Shown in pieces: positions 33,010-41,376 of a DNA stretch of 64,000 bases. Source of the stretch: Acidobacteriota bacterium (lineage in GTDB: Bacteria > Acidobacteriota > Terriglobia > Bryobacterales > Bryobacteraceae). Below the pieces are notes generated by a model. It saw nothing but the letters and a program-made list of their open reading frames with translations. It did no database searches and was not told the DNA's origin. Within the stretch, counting starts at the first letter, position 1, and each line of letters begins with the position of its first letter. The stretch is taken from NCBI GenBank assembly GCA_016870915.1, contig VFZY01000005.1:3706-67705 (forward strand), given 5' to 3'. Made by a program: the position numbers and the translations under genes.

Positions 33010-33452
33010 GCCGGCGTCGGAGGTGCCATTGCAGTTGGCGGGGAGATGTGACAGACTCATTTCCCGTGAGATTCAAACGCCGCTCAGATTCACCGTTGAA
33101 GAAGAAGGCCCGGCGTGGCTTTCGTGGTTATCCTGTGGCAACCGTTGCGTTCTACGGTCCGGACGACACCCGCGCGAGCAAGTGCGTTGTTGGGGTTGTG
33201 AACCAGCCCGGGGCCGGGCCCGGAGCGCTGCAACGCTGGTTCATCGAAGAGGGCGATGCGCGGACTGATCCGGCCATTGGAAACGAGATGGCGAGTTTCA
33301 CGCGGGAACATGGCGCCATGTCGGTGGTGATGGTGGACCGGATCATCGGATGCCCGCATGAAGAGGGGATCGACTACCCGGATGGCGAAGTGTGTCCCCA
33401 GTGCCCGTTCTGGGCGGGCCGTGATCGCTGGAGCGGCGATGTGATTCAATGA
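33000..33452 (+). CDS. hypothetical protein with a C-terminal CPHE...CPQCPFW cysteine motif
   Basis: The ATG at 33000 overlaps the end of the wHTH frame by 10 nt; the GTG at 33066 is an alternative. The protein-like sequence reads ..YPVATVAFYGPDD...VVGVV...DRIIGCPHEEGIDYPDGEVCPQCPFWAGRDRW. Confidence 0.6.
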   Translation: MAVSRRRRCHCSWRGDVTDSFPVRFKRRSDSPLKKKARRGFRGYPVATVAFYGPDDTRASKCVVGVVNQPGAGPGALQRWFIEEGDARTDPAIGNEMASFTREHGAMSVVMVDRIIGCPHEEGIDYPDGEVCPQCPFWAGRDRWSGDVIQ

Positions 33453-33482
33453 CCACCGCTGCGCGCGGCCAACGAGCGCCGG

Positions 33483-35063
33483 CTATGGAAGCTCGAACGT
33501 GAAAATGGCGCTGCCCGCGGCGACAGCCATGATCTGCTTGCCGTTCGCCGTGTAGCTGATGCCGTTGGAGCGAATGACGCCTCCGGTGTGCAGGCGCCAA
33601 AGTTCCTTGCCCGTTTCCGCGTCGAGCGCAAAGTAGTAGCCTTCGTCGCTGCCGCCGAACAGCAGTTTGCCTGCCGTGGTGAGCACGCCGGCCCAGGGTT
33701 TGGTGTGGAGCTTGTACTCCCAGAGGCGCTCGCCGGTGCGGGGGTTCAGGGCGCGGATGGCCCCGTGGCCGGGCTCATCGGGCAGTTCGATCAGGGGCAC
33801 GCTGCCGATGAAGCGGTTGCCGGGGGTGTATTCCTGATCGCCCTTGCGGTAGACGCTGCGGTTCTCCCAGGCGGAGACGTAGAAGTTTCGGGTGAGCGGA
33901 TTGTAGCTGGGCGAATACCAGTTGGTGGCGCCTTGGACGCCGGGCCAGACGTAGGTGCCCTCGGGCGAAGGGTCGATGTTGGGGAGGCGGATGGGACGGC
34001 CGTTCGGGTCGAGGCCTTTGGCCCAGGTCTGGGTGGCGAAGGGTTTCCCCAGCAGGAATTTGCCGCTGGTGCGGTCGAGCGCGTAGTAGAACGCGTTGCG
34101 GTGGGCCCAGTAAACCAGCTTGCGGCGTGTGCCCTGAAACTCGTCGTCCACCAGGATTGGGACCTGAACGGCATCCCAATCATGCAGATCGTGGGGCACG
34201 AACTGGAAGTGCCATTTCAACTGGCCGGTATCGGCATCGACGGCGATGGCGCTGTCGGAATAGAGGTTGTCGCCCAGGCGCTTGTCGCCGTTCCAATCGG
34301 GTGAGGGGTTGCCGACGCCCCAGATGATGAGGTTCTGAGCGACATCGTAGCTGCCGGTAACCCAGGTGGAGCCGCCGCCCGTTTTCCAGGAGTCGCCGGA
34401 CCAGGTCTCGTTGCCTTTTTCGCCGGGGCCGGGGATGGTCCAGAAGCGCCACCGGCGCTTGCCGGTCTTGGCGTCGTAGGCGTCGAGGAAGCCGCGAATG
34501 CCGTACTCGCCGCCGGCGATGCCGACGATGATCATGTCCTTGACCGCGAGAGGGGCGACGGTGACGGAGTAGCCATGCTGGTAGTTGGCCACCTCGACAT
34601 CCCAGAGAACGTCGCCGGTCTTGGCGTCGAGGGACACAAGATGGGCGTCGACGGTGCCGACAAAGACGCGGTCGCCGAGCAGGGCCACGCCGCGGTTCAC
34701 CTGGCCGCAGCAGACGTTGATCTTGGGCGGATACTGGCGCCGGTAACGCCAGAAGAGCTTGCCGGTGGCGGCATCGAGGGCGGCGACGTTGCTGGGGGGC
34801 TCAGTGACGTACATCACGCCATCGGCGACCAGGGGCGTGGTTTCGACCAAATGCGTGGTGGGCATCTGGTGCACCCACTTGACCTTGAGGTTTTTGACAT
34901 TCTCACGGGTGACCTGCGCCAGCGGGCTGTAGCGCCAGCCTTCGTAGCGGCCGGAGTAAGTGAGCCAGCTTCCGGGTTCCTTTTCGGCATTCAGAAGACG
35001 GTCATAGGTGACCTGGGCGAGAAGGTGCCCGGCCAGGAACACGGCGCATGCGAGACGCTTCAC
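33483..35063 (-). CDS. PQQ-dependent dehydrogenase (methanol/ethanol quinoprotein family), secreted
   Basis: It has a signal peptide and beta-propeller W-motif repeats. The N-terminus (W.TYSG...WRYSPL.QV...NV..L...W) and the vicinal Cys-Cys (NVCCGQVNRG) are characteristic of quinoprotein alcohol dehydrogenases. Confidence 0.9.
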   Translation of the reverse strand: MKRLACAVFLAGHLLAQVTYDRLLNAEKEPGSWLTYSGRYEGWRYSPLAQVTRENVKNLKVKWVHQMPTTHLVETTPLVADGVMYVTEPPSNVAALDAATGKLFWRYRRQYPPKINVCCGQVNRGVALLGDRVFVGTVDAHLVSLDAKTGDVLWDVEVANYQHGYSVTVAPLAVKDMIIVGIAGGEYGIRGFLDAYDAKTGKRRWRFWTIPGPGEKGNETWSGDSWKTGGGSTWVTGSYDVAQNLIIWGVGNPSPDWNGDKRLGDNLYSDSAIAVDADTGQLKWHFQFVPHDLHDWDAVQVPILVDDEFQGTRRKLVYWAHRNAFYYALDRTSGKFLLGKPFATQTWAKGLDPNGRPIRLPNIDPSPEGTYVWPGVQGATNWYSPSYNPLTRNFYVSAWENRSVYRKGDQEYTPGNRFIGSVPLIELPDEPGHGAIRALNPRTGERLWEYKLHTKPWAGVLTTAGKLLFGGSDEGYYFALDAETGKELWRLHTGGVIRSNGISYTANGKQIMAVAAGSAIFTFELP

Positions 35064-35803
35064 CGGGAGCCTCCTTTGAGCGACGCCAGGTAGGCCACCA
35101 GGTCATCGAGGTCGCTGTCCTTTAACTTGAAAGCGGGCATCTTCGACACCTTCTCCACTTTGTACTCCTTAAGATCGGATTTCGACTCCGAGCGCAGGTT
35201 CTCGTTCATGTCCATGAACTGCACCGTGTAGGTATCCTCATTCATCAGGAAGCCGGCCAGGGCCTGGCTCCCTTTCCGGGCGCTGACGAACCAGTAGCGC
35301 TGCCGGACATCCTCATTCGGCGCCACGATGGCCTGCTTGAGGTGTCCGGCGGCCCGATAGCGCCCAATGCTGGTGAGATCGGGCCCCAGGCGGCCGCCTT
35401 CGGCGCTGACGCGGTGGCACTTGGCGCAGCCGTTTGAAGCGTAGACCTTCTGGCCCTGTGCGGCGTTGCCGGCCACCTTGCCGGCTCCGCTGCCGATAGA
35501 GCGGAGGTAGGCGATGACCTGCCAGACGCGATCCGGAGAGTAGAACAGGGCGGGCATTTCTGTGCCTTCGATGCCATCGGAGATGTTGCGCAGCAGATCG
35601 GCGTCGGAACCGCCCCGGTAGAACACGCCGGTGGTGAGGTTGGGCCCGCGCCCGCCGGTGCCGGCAAAGCCGTGGCAGGCGGCGCAGTGAGAGCGGAAGG
35701 TCTTGGCGCCCTGTTCGATGTCGGCCGGCGTGGTGTGCGGGTTGCGAACCGGTTCCTGCGCGACAATTGGCAGGGCGGCAAGGAGTATTGCCATGGAACC
35801 CAT
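35060..35803 (-). CDS. dihaem c-type cytochrome
   Basis: There are two CxxCH motifs (CAACH, CAKCH), each followed by a distal Met region. It overlaps the PQQ dehydrogenase start by 4 nt, so it is the probable electron acceptor. Confidence 0.85.
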   Translation of the reverse strand: MGSMAILLAALPIVAQEPVRNPHTTPADIEQGAKTFRSHCAACHGFAGTGGRGPNLTTGVFYRGGSDADLLRNISDGIEGTEMPALFYSPDRVWQVIAYLRSIGSGAGKVAGNAAQGQKVYASNGCAKCHRVSAEGGRLGPDLTSIGRYRAAGHLKQAIVAPNEDVRQRYWFVSARKGSQALAGFLMNEDTYTVQFMDMNENLRSESKSDLKEYKVEKVSKMPAFKLKDSDLDDLVAYLASLKGGSR

Positions 35804-35877
35804 AGTGGGAATGATTCTAGCAAAGCCGTGCCGTGATCGTGGCTAACGGGACTGGCGCAGCGGAGTCTAAGAGTGGA

Positions 35878-36867
35878 ATGACGGGCGGGGACCAGGAGAT
35901 TGTCGCACGAGTCCGGGCAGGCGACCGGGAGGCGTTCCGGCTGCTGGTGGAGCGTCACAGCCGTGATGTTTACGGTCTGGCGCTGCGAGTTACGGGCAAT
36001 GAGCAGGATTCCGAGGATGTTGTGCAGGAGTCCTTTCTACGCGCCTATCGCGCGCTTGACCGGTTCGATGAGCGGGCGACGTTCCAGACGTGGCTGTATC
36101 GCATTACGGCGAACTGCGCGCTGGATCTGGTGCGGAAGCGGCGCGGAGCGGTGGATGCCGCCAACTTTCTGGATACGCTGCCGGCCGGGGCGCCGTCGGC
36201 CGAGCGGATGGCGCTGGGCCGCGAGGTGCACGGCCTGGTGCGGGACGCGCTGGACGGCATGACCTTCCAGGAGCGGCGGGCATTCCTGCTGCGGCATGTG
36301 GAAGGCCGGTCAATTCCCGAGATCAGTGAACGGTTGAATCTGGGAGAGAGCGCGGCCAAGCACAGCATTTTCCGCGCCGTGCGAAAGCTGCGCAGAGTGC
36401 TGAAGCCGGCCCTGGCGGCGATGACCATCCTGGCGGTGGCGTTCCTGGCCGGGCGATGGACGACCACGGCGCCACCGGCGAGGAAGCCCCCTGGGGTGGA
36501 CCGCGCGAGTGTGCTGCGGCAGGCGGTGGCGCGGCACCTGGACCGGTCGCAGATGGTGCTGGCGGGTGTGGCCAACGCGCCACCGGGCGGGGTGGTGAAC
36601 ATCTCCCTTGAGCGCGAGCGGGCGATCGACATTCTGGGCGAGAACCGGCTGTACCGCCGGGCGGCGCTGATGGAAGGGGACCCGGTGCTGGCGGGAGTCC
36701 TGGAAGATCTGGAACTTCTATTGATTGAGATTTCGCACAGTCCGGATCTGGTTCCGGCCGGGCAGTTCGAGGAGTTGAGGGGCCGCATTGAAGAGCGGCA
36801 GCTTTTATTCAAGGTCCGGGCGCTGCGGACGCGGGCCGGATACGCACTTCAGAGGAGTGAACAATGA
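35878..36867 (+). CDS. ECF (sigma-70 family group 4) sigma factor fused to a TM helix and a ~140-aa C-terminal domain
   Basis: Sigma region 2 (DSEDVVQESFLRAYRALDRFD....F.TWLYRITANCALD) and region 4 (ERRAFLLRHVEGRSIPEISERLNLGESAAKHSIFRAVRKLR) are present. A hydrophobic helix (ALAAMTILAVAFLAG) follows immediately, then a further conserved-looking domain, all in the same frame. Confidence 0.85.
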   Translation: MTGGDQEIVARVRAGDREAFRLLVERHSRDVYGLALRVTGNEQDSEDVVQESFLRAYRALDRFDERATFQTWLYRITANCALDLVRKRRGAVDAANFLDTLPAGAPSAERMALGREVHGLVRDALDGMTFQERRAFLLRHVEGRSIPEISERLNLGESAAKHSIFRAVRKLRRVLKPALAAMTILAVAFLAGRWTTTAPPARKPPGVDRASVLRQAVARHLDRSQMVLAGVANAPPGGVVNISLERERAIDILGENRLYRRAALMEGDPVLAGVLEDLELLLIEISHSPDLVPAGQFEELRGRIEERQLLFKVRALRTRAGYALQRSEQ

Positions 36868-37712
36868 CATCAGTGATTACGGCTTTGGCCCTGACGGTGC
36901 TGGCCCAGGATTTCCGGCCGGACGCGGAAGAGCAGCGCCAGCGCGCGCAGATGGAGATGGAGCGCGCGCGGTCTGAGTATCAGCGGGCGTTGCGGTCGCT
37001 TGACCAGGGGCGCTGGGAGGCCGCCGTGGAGAGTCTGAAGAAGGCTGGAGCGGACACGGCGCGGGCCGACGCGGCGCTCTATTGGAGCGCGTTTGCGCTG
37101 TTTCGGAAAGGCGATGCGCAGGCGGCGATGGCGTCGCTGCAATCGCTGCGGAGCGCGCATCCCACCAGCCGGTGGCTGAACGACGCCAAGGCTCTGGAAC
37201 TGGAGATTCAACAGGCGGCCGGCAAGCCTGTTCCGCCGGAGCAGGAGAGCGATGAAGAGGTTCGCATGATCGCGGTGAACAGCGTGATGCAGAGCGACCC
37301 GGAGCGGGGCATTGCTTATCTTGAGAAGGTGCTGAACGGTTCCAACACACTGCGCGTGAAGCGCCAGGCGATGTTCATGCTGGGCATGAACCGGTCGCCG
37401 AAGACGCGGGATCTGGTGGTGAGGTACGCCAAGGGCGGATCGAACCCCGACTTGCAGCGGCAGGCGATTGAGACCTTGGGCGCGATGGGCGCCGATAGCG
37501 GCCCGATGATCAAGGAGATTTACGACGGTGCGCAGGATGCGGAGTTGAAGCGGGTGGCGCTGAGTGCGTTGAGCCGCGACACGCACACCAAGGTGCTGAT
37601 CGAGATCGCGCGCACGGAAAAGAACCGGGAACTGCGGCGTCAGGCGGTGGAGATGCTTTCGCACTCGCGGTCGAAGGACGCCAAGGAGTACATGCTGGAA
37701 CTGCTGAAGTGA
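36864..37712 (+). CDS. secreted TPR/HEAT-repeat protein, translationally coupled to the ECF sigma gene
   Basis: It has an ATGA overlap with the sigma gene stop and an AGGAG SD 6 nt upstream. HEAT-like repeats are present (VRMIAVNSVMQ, LRVKRQAMFMLG, DLQRQAIETLG, ELKRVALSALS, ELRRQAVEMLS). Confidence 0.75.
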   Translation: MTSVITALALTVLAQDFRPDAEEQRQRAQMEMERARSEYQRALRSLDQGRWEAAVESLKKAGADTARADAALYWSAFALFRKGDAQAAMASLQSLRSAHPTSRWLNDAKALELEIQQAAGKPVPPEQESDEEVRMIAVNSVMQSDPERGIAYLEKVLNGSNTLRVKRQAMFMLGMNRSPKTRDLVVRYAKGGSNPDLQRQAIETLGAMGADSGPMIKEIYDGAQDAELKRVALSALSRDTHTKVLIEIARTEKNRELRRQAVEMLSHSRSKDAKEYMLELLK

Positions 37713-37910
37713 TCAGCCGCCGATGGAGCGGGCGAGCCGGGCGGGAAGGGTGACGACGGCCCAGAGAAGGGCGAGTACACCCCCCACGGCAATGCCCACG
37801 ATGCGGAACGGCAGCAGGACCAGCCAGACGATGGGGTAAAGCACCAACGCCAGCAGGGCCAGCGGCCAGCAGAGAACCAGTAGAATGCACCACAGCAGGA
37901 ACTTCACCAT
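37713..37910 (-). CDS. small two-TM membrane protein (65 aa)
   Basis: The product MVKFLLWCILLVLCWPLALLALVLYPIVWLVLLPFRIVGIAVGGVLALLWAVV... is very hydrophobic. The gene is convergent and abuts the HEAT gene stop. Confidence 0.5.
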   Translation of the reverse strand: MVKFLLWCILLVLCWPLALLALVLYPIVWLVLLPFRIVGIAVGGVLALLWAVVTLPARLARSIGG

Positions 37911-38013
37911 ATTGCGCCTCGTCTTAAGATACGAGACCCGGGGTGGCAAGGTTCATCCGAGCCTGAAGTGAACGGCGCGGGAAACGAAGCGCTACACTGG
38001 GGATGCGGTCTTC

Positions 38014-39297
38014 ATGTCTTCGACGGGCGCGCCTGCGCGCGACATCACAACCAGTCTGCTTCCGAATGGCTTGCCGGTAATCACGGAGTGCATGCCACAT
38101 GTGCGTTCCGTCTCGGTGGGTGTCTGGATTGGCAGCGGCTCGCGGCGCGAGACCGGGAGCGAGAATGGCATCTCGCACTTCCTGGAACACATGTTGTTCA
38201 AGGGAACAGAGACGCGGACGGCCGAGGACATCGCGCGATCGGTGGATTCGATCGGCGGCAATCTGGATGCATTCACGACGCGGGAACTGGTGAGCTTCAA
38301 TACGAAGATCCTTGACGAGCATCTTCCGCGCGCTTTTGAGGTTCTCTCCGACATGGTGTTGAACCCGGCTTTCCGGGAGGACGACATCGAGAAGGAGAAG
38401 GGCGTCATTCTCGAAGAGTTGAAGATGGAGGTGGACAACCCGGAGTACCAGTTGCACGAGCTGTTCAGCAGCCGCTTCTGGGGCAACCATGCCCTGGGCA
38501 AGCCCATTTTGGGCACGCGGGGCACGATTCGCGGTTTCCACCAGACCATGCTGAGGGACTATCACCGGCGGGTCTATGTGCCCGGTAATCTGGTGATCAC
38601 GGCGGCGGGGCATTTGAAGCACGATGAGTTGTACGCGTTGGCCGCTGAGCAGTTTGGCGGCTTGCGCGGCGACCTGCGTCTGGCGCCCGAGACGCAGCCG
38701 GCGCCGAAGCCCGAGATCATACTGAAGAACAAGAGGCTGGCGCAGGTGCATGTGTGCCTGGGCGTGCCGAGCGTACCGATGGCGCATGAAGGGCGCTTTG
38801 CGTGCTACGTGCTGAATACGATTCTGGGCGCGGGGATGAGCTCCAGACTGTTTCAGAACATTCGCGAGCGCGAGGGGCTGGCGTACTCCATTTTTTCGGA
38901 GCTGAACCTTTTCCGGGACGCGGGATGGCTTGCGGTGTACGCGGGCACGTCGCGGGAATCGCTGCCGCGGGTGATTGAGCTTACGCTGGCGGAGTTTCGC
39001 GACCTGAAGGAGAACGCGCTGCCCGAGGAGGAGTTGCGGCGGGCGAAGGATCATCTGAAGGGGTCGCTGATGCTGGGGCTGGAGTCGTCGTCGAGCCGGA
39101 TGGCGAATCTGGCGCGGCAGCACATGTACTTTGGCCGGTTTTTCTCGCTGGACGAGATGCTTGAGAGCATTGAGCGTGTTTCGGCGGATGAGGTGATGGA
39201 GATGGCGTGCGAATTCTTCCAGCGGGACCGGATCGCGTTAACGGTGTTGGGGAAGCTCGACGGGCTGCGTATCGGGCGCGAAGACCTGGCCTGCTGA
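38014..39297 (+). CDS. M16-family zinc metallopeptidase
   Basis: It has the HxxEH motif (ISHFLEHMLFKGT), LPNGLPVITE near the N-terminus and a typical M16 two-domain length of 427 aa. Confidence 0.85.
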   Translation: MSSTGAPARDITTSLLPNGLPVITECMPHVRSVSVGVWIGSGSRRETGSENGISHFLEHMLFKGTETRTAEDIARSVDSIGGNLDAFTTRELVSFNTKILDEHLPRAFEVLSDMVLNPAFREDDIEKEKGVILEELKMEVDNPEYQLHELFSSRFWGNHALGKPILGTRGTIRGFHQTMLRDYHRRVYVPGNLVITAAGHLKHDELYALAAEQFGGLRGDLRLAPETQPAPKPEIILKNKRLAQVHVCLGVPSVPMAHEGRFACYVLNTILGAGMSSRLFQNIREREGLAYSIFSELNLFRDAGWLAVYAGTSRESLPRVIELTLAEFRDLKENALPEEELRRAKDHLKGSLMLGLESSSSRMANLARQHMYFGRFFSLDEMLESIERVSADEVMEMACEFFQRDRIALTVLGKLDGLRIGREDLAC

Positions 39298-39300
39298 TTC

Positions 39301-40077
39301 ATGAACCGGGTGGCGCGACAGCTCTGGCTGGCGGCACTGGTTGCCCTGCGGGCAGCGGCGCTCGATCTGGCATCACTCAAACCGGAAGGCCACCTGAGCG
39401 ATTTCGCGGGCGTTGTGGACGGGGCGCACCGGCGCGAGATTGAAGACTATTGCCGCCGGCTGGCGGCGACGTCGGGGGTGGAGATCGCGCTGGTGACGCT
39501 GGTGACTTTGGATGGCGAACCGATTGAGGACGTGGCCAACAAGCTCTATCGCCAGTTTGGGGTAGGCCAGAAGGGGAAGAACGAAGGGGCGCTGTTTCTG
39601 CTGGTGACTCGCGACCGGAGATCGCGCCTGGAGGTGGGCTATGGGCTTGAGCCCCTGGTTCCCGATGGCTTCGCGGGCGACATGCTGCGTCACATGCGCG
39701 GCGCGCTGCGGGAGCACCGCTACGGGGAGGCATTGCTGACCGGGGCCCATGAGCTGGGCGACCGGGTGTTGAAAGAAAAGGGCCTGACGCTTGAGAACAC
39801 GCCACGCCGGAGGCGCCAGAGGAAGACCGAAGGGTTTCCGATGGGCGCGCTGGTGACCGGGGCCATCGTGCTGCTGATGTTGAGCAAGCTGGGCGGCGGC
39901 CGTGGCGGGCGCGACGGCGGGAACTTCCTGGCCGGCATGATTCTGGGCAATCTGATGAGCGGTGCGTTGCATGGCCGGCATCGGGGCGGCGGTTTCGGCG
40001 GGTATGATTCGAGCGACAGCTTTGGCGGTTTCGGCGGCGGAGATTCCGGGGGCGGGGGAGCGTCCGGGGACTGGTAG
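39301..40077 (+). CDS. TPM-domain protein (YgcG-like) with a C-terminal TM helix and Gly-rich tail
   Basis: The TPM pattern is present (LSDFAGVV......I...C..L....GVEIALVTL..L.GE.IED.ANKLY..FGVG......G.L.L.....R..R.EVGYGLE). A TM helix and a GGFGG.DSGGGGASGDW tail follow. Confidence 0.8.
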   Translation: MNRVARQLWLAALVALRAAALDLASLKPEGHLSDFAGVVDGAHRREIEDYCRRLAATSGVEIALVTLVTLDGEPIEDVANKLYRQFGVGQKGKNEGALFLLVTRDRRSRLEVGYGLEPLVPDGFAGDMLRHMRGALREHRYGEALLTGAHELGDRVLKEKGLTLENTPRRRRQRKTEGFPMGALVTGAIVLLMLSKLGGGRGGRDGGNFLAGMILGNLMSGALHGRHRGGGFGGYDSSDSFGGFGGGDSGGGGASGDW

Positions 40078-40087
40078 GGCGGGAGAC

Positions 40088-40798
40088 ATGGACAAGGTAC
40101 TCAATCAACTGGTGGAACGGCTGCGGCGGGCGCTGGGCGATCGCGTGGTGTCCGTGGTGCTGTACGGTTCCGCCGCCGCGGGCGATTACCATGGCGGCTT
40201 TTCCGATCTCAACATTCTGTGTGTTCTGACGGCGGTGACGCCGCGGGAACTTGCGGACGCCGAGCCTGTGATCCGCTGGTGGCGTGATCAGGGCAACCCC
40301 GCGCCGCTGTTGCTCTCCGGGGAGGAACTGGCGACGTCGACGGATTGCTTCCCGATTGAGTTCCACGACATCGCCGAGCGGCACCGCATTCTGGCGGGGC
40401 GCGACGTGGTGGAGGGGATGGAGATCGACGACGCGTTCTATCGGGCGCAGGTGGAACATGAGTTGCGGGCGAAGCTGCTGCGGCTGCGGCAGAAAGCGGC
40501 GGGGGTGTTGAGCGATCAGGCGCAGCTTCTGCGGCTGATGGCGGACTCGGTTTCGACGTTCTGCGTGCTGGCGCGGCACGCCTTGCGTCTGGCAGGCTTG
40601 AATGCCGCCTGGCAGAAGAGGCAGATTGTGGAGCAGGCCGGCGCGCGGTTTGGCGTCGACCCGGCACCGTTTGTGACGCTGCTCGACCTGCGGGAAGAGC
40701 GGATCAAACCACGCTCCGTCAGCGCCCCGGCGCTGTTGGAGCAATACTTAAAGGAGATTCAGGTTTTGGTCGCGGCAGTCGACCGCCTGGAGCGTTAA
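40088..40798 (+). CDS. nucleotidyltransferase-fold (pol-beta superfamily, MNT/KNTase-like) protein with a helical C-domain
   Basis: The motif VVLYGSAAAGDYHGGFSDLNILCV matches hG[GS]-x(9-13)-D-h-[DE], except that the last acidic residue is Asn. A GGGAGA SD-like sequence precedes the ATG at 40088. Confidence 0.75.
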   Translation: MDKVLNQLVERLRRALGDRVVSVVLYGSAAAGDYHGGFSDLNILCVLTAVTPRELADAEPVIRWWRDQGNPAPLLLSGEELATSTDCFPIEFHDIAERHRILAGRDVVEGMEIDDAFYRAQVEHELRAKLLRLRQKAAGVLSDQAQLLRLMADSVSTFCVLARHALRLAGLNAAWQKRQIVEQAGARFGVDPAPFVTLLDLREERIKPRSVSAPALLEQYLKEIQVLVAAVDRLER

Positions 40799-40803
40799 AC
40801 GCT

Positions 40804-41376
40804 ATGAAAGTGCTGATCATCGTTCTGGTTTTGCTCGTGCTGGTGGGGTTTGTGGTGGGCGGAAAGCTCGTCTCCACACGCAATGAGCTGGTTGTGGAAA
40901 GAGAAGCCATCACGGGCGCCTGGGCGCAGGTGGATGTGAGCCTGCAGCGGCGGGCGGACCTGATTCCGAACCTGGTGGAGACGGTCAAGGGCTTTGCCAA
41001 GCAGGAGTCCGAGGTGCTGGGCAACATTGCCAATGCGCGGGCGGCGCTGGTGGGCGCGCGGACGCCGGGTGAGAAGATCGAGGCCAACAATCGTCTGGAC
41101 AGCGCACTGGGACGGCTGCTGGTGGTGGTGGAGAACTACCCCGAGCTGAAGTCGAACCAGAACTTCATGCGCCTGCAGGATGAGATTGCGGGCACGGAGA
41201 ACCGGATCGCGGTGGAGCGCAGGAAGTACAATGAGACAGTTCAGAAGTACAACACGAACATCGAGTTGTTTCCCAACAACATCGCGGCGTCGATGTTCGG
41301 CTTCACCCGCAACGACGCCTACTTCAAGACCGATCCGGCGGCCCGCGTGGCCCCCAAGGTGGATTTTTCAAAGTAA
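40804..41376 (+). CDS. lemA: LemA family protein
   Basis: It has an N-terminal TM helix followed by the LemA signature (QVDVSLQRRADLIPNLVETVKG.A..E...L..I..AR...........NYPELKSNQNF..LQDE..GTENRI...R..YN..V..YN). Confidence 0.9.
   Translation: MKVLIIVLVLLVLVGFVVGGKLVSTRNELVVEREAITGAWAQVDVSLQRRADLIPNLVETVKGFAKQESEVLGNIANARAALVGARTPGEKIEANNRLDSALGRLLVVVENYPELKSNQNFMRLQDEIAGTENRIAVERRKYNETVQKYNTNIELFPNNIAASMFGFTRNDAYFKTDPAARVAPKVDFSK

Noticed and set aside
37924-40744. Long minus-strand ORFs 37924-39123 (399 aa), 39373-40104 (243 aa) and 39377-40744 (455 aa)
   Set aside because: They are antisense to the M16, TPM and nucleotidyltransferase genes, Arg/Pro/Gln/His-rich, and have no motifs.
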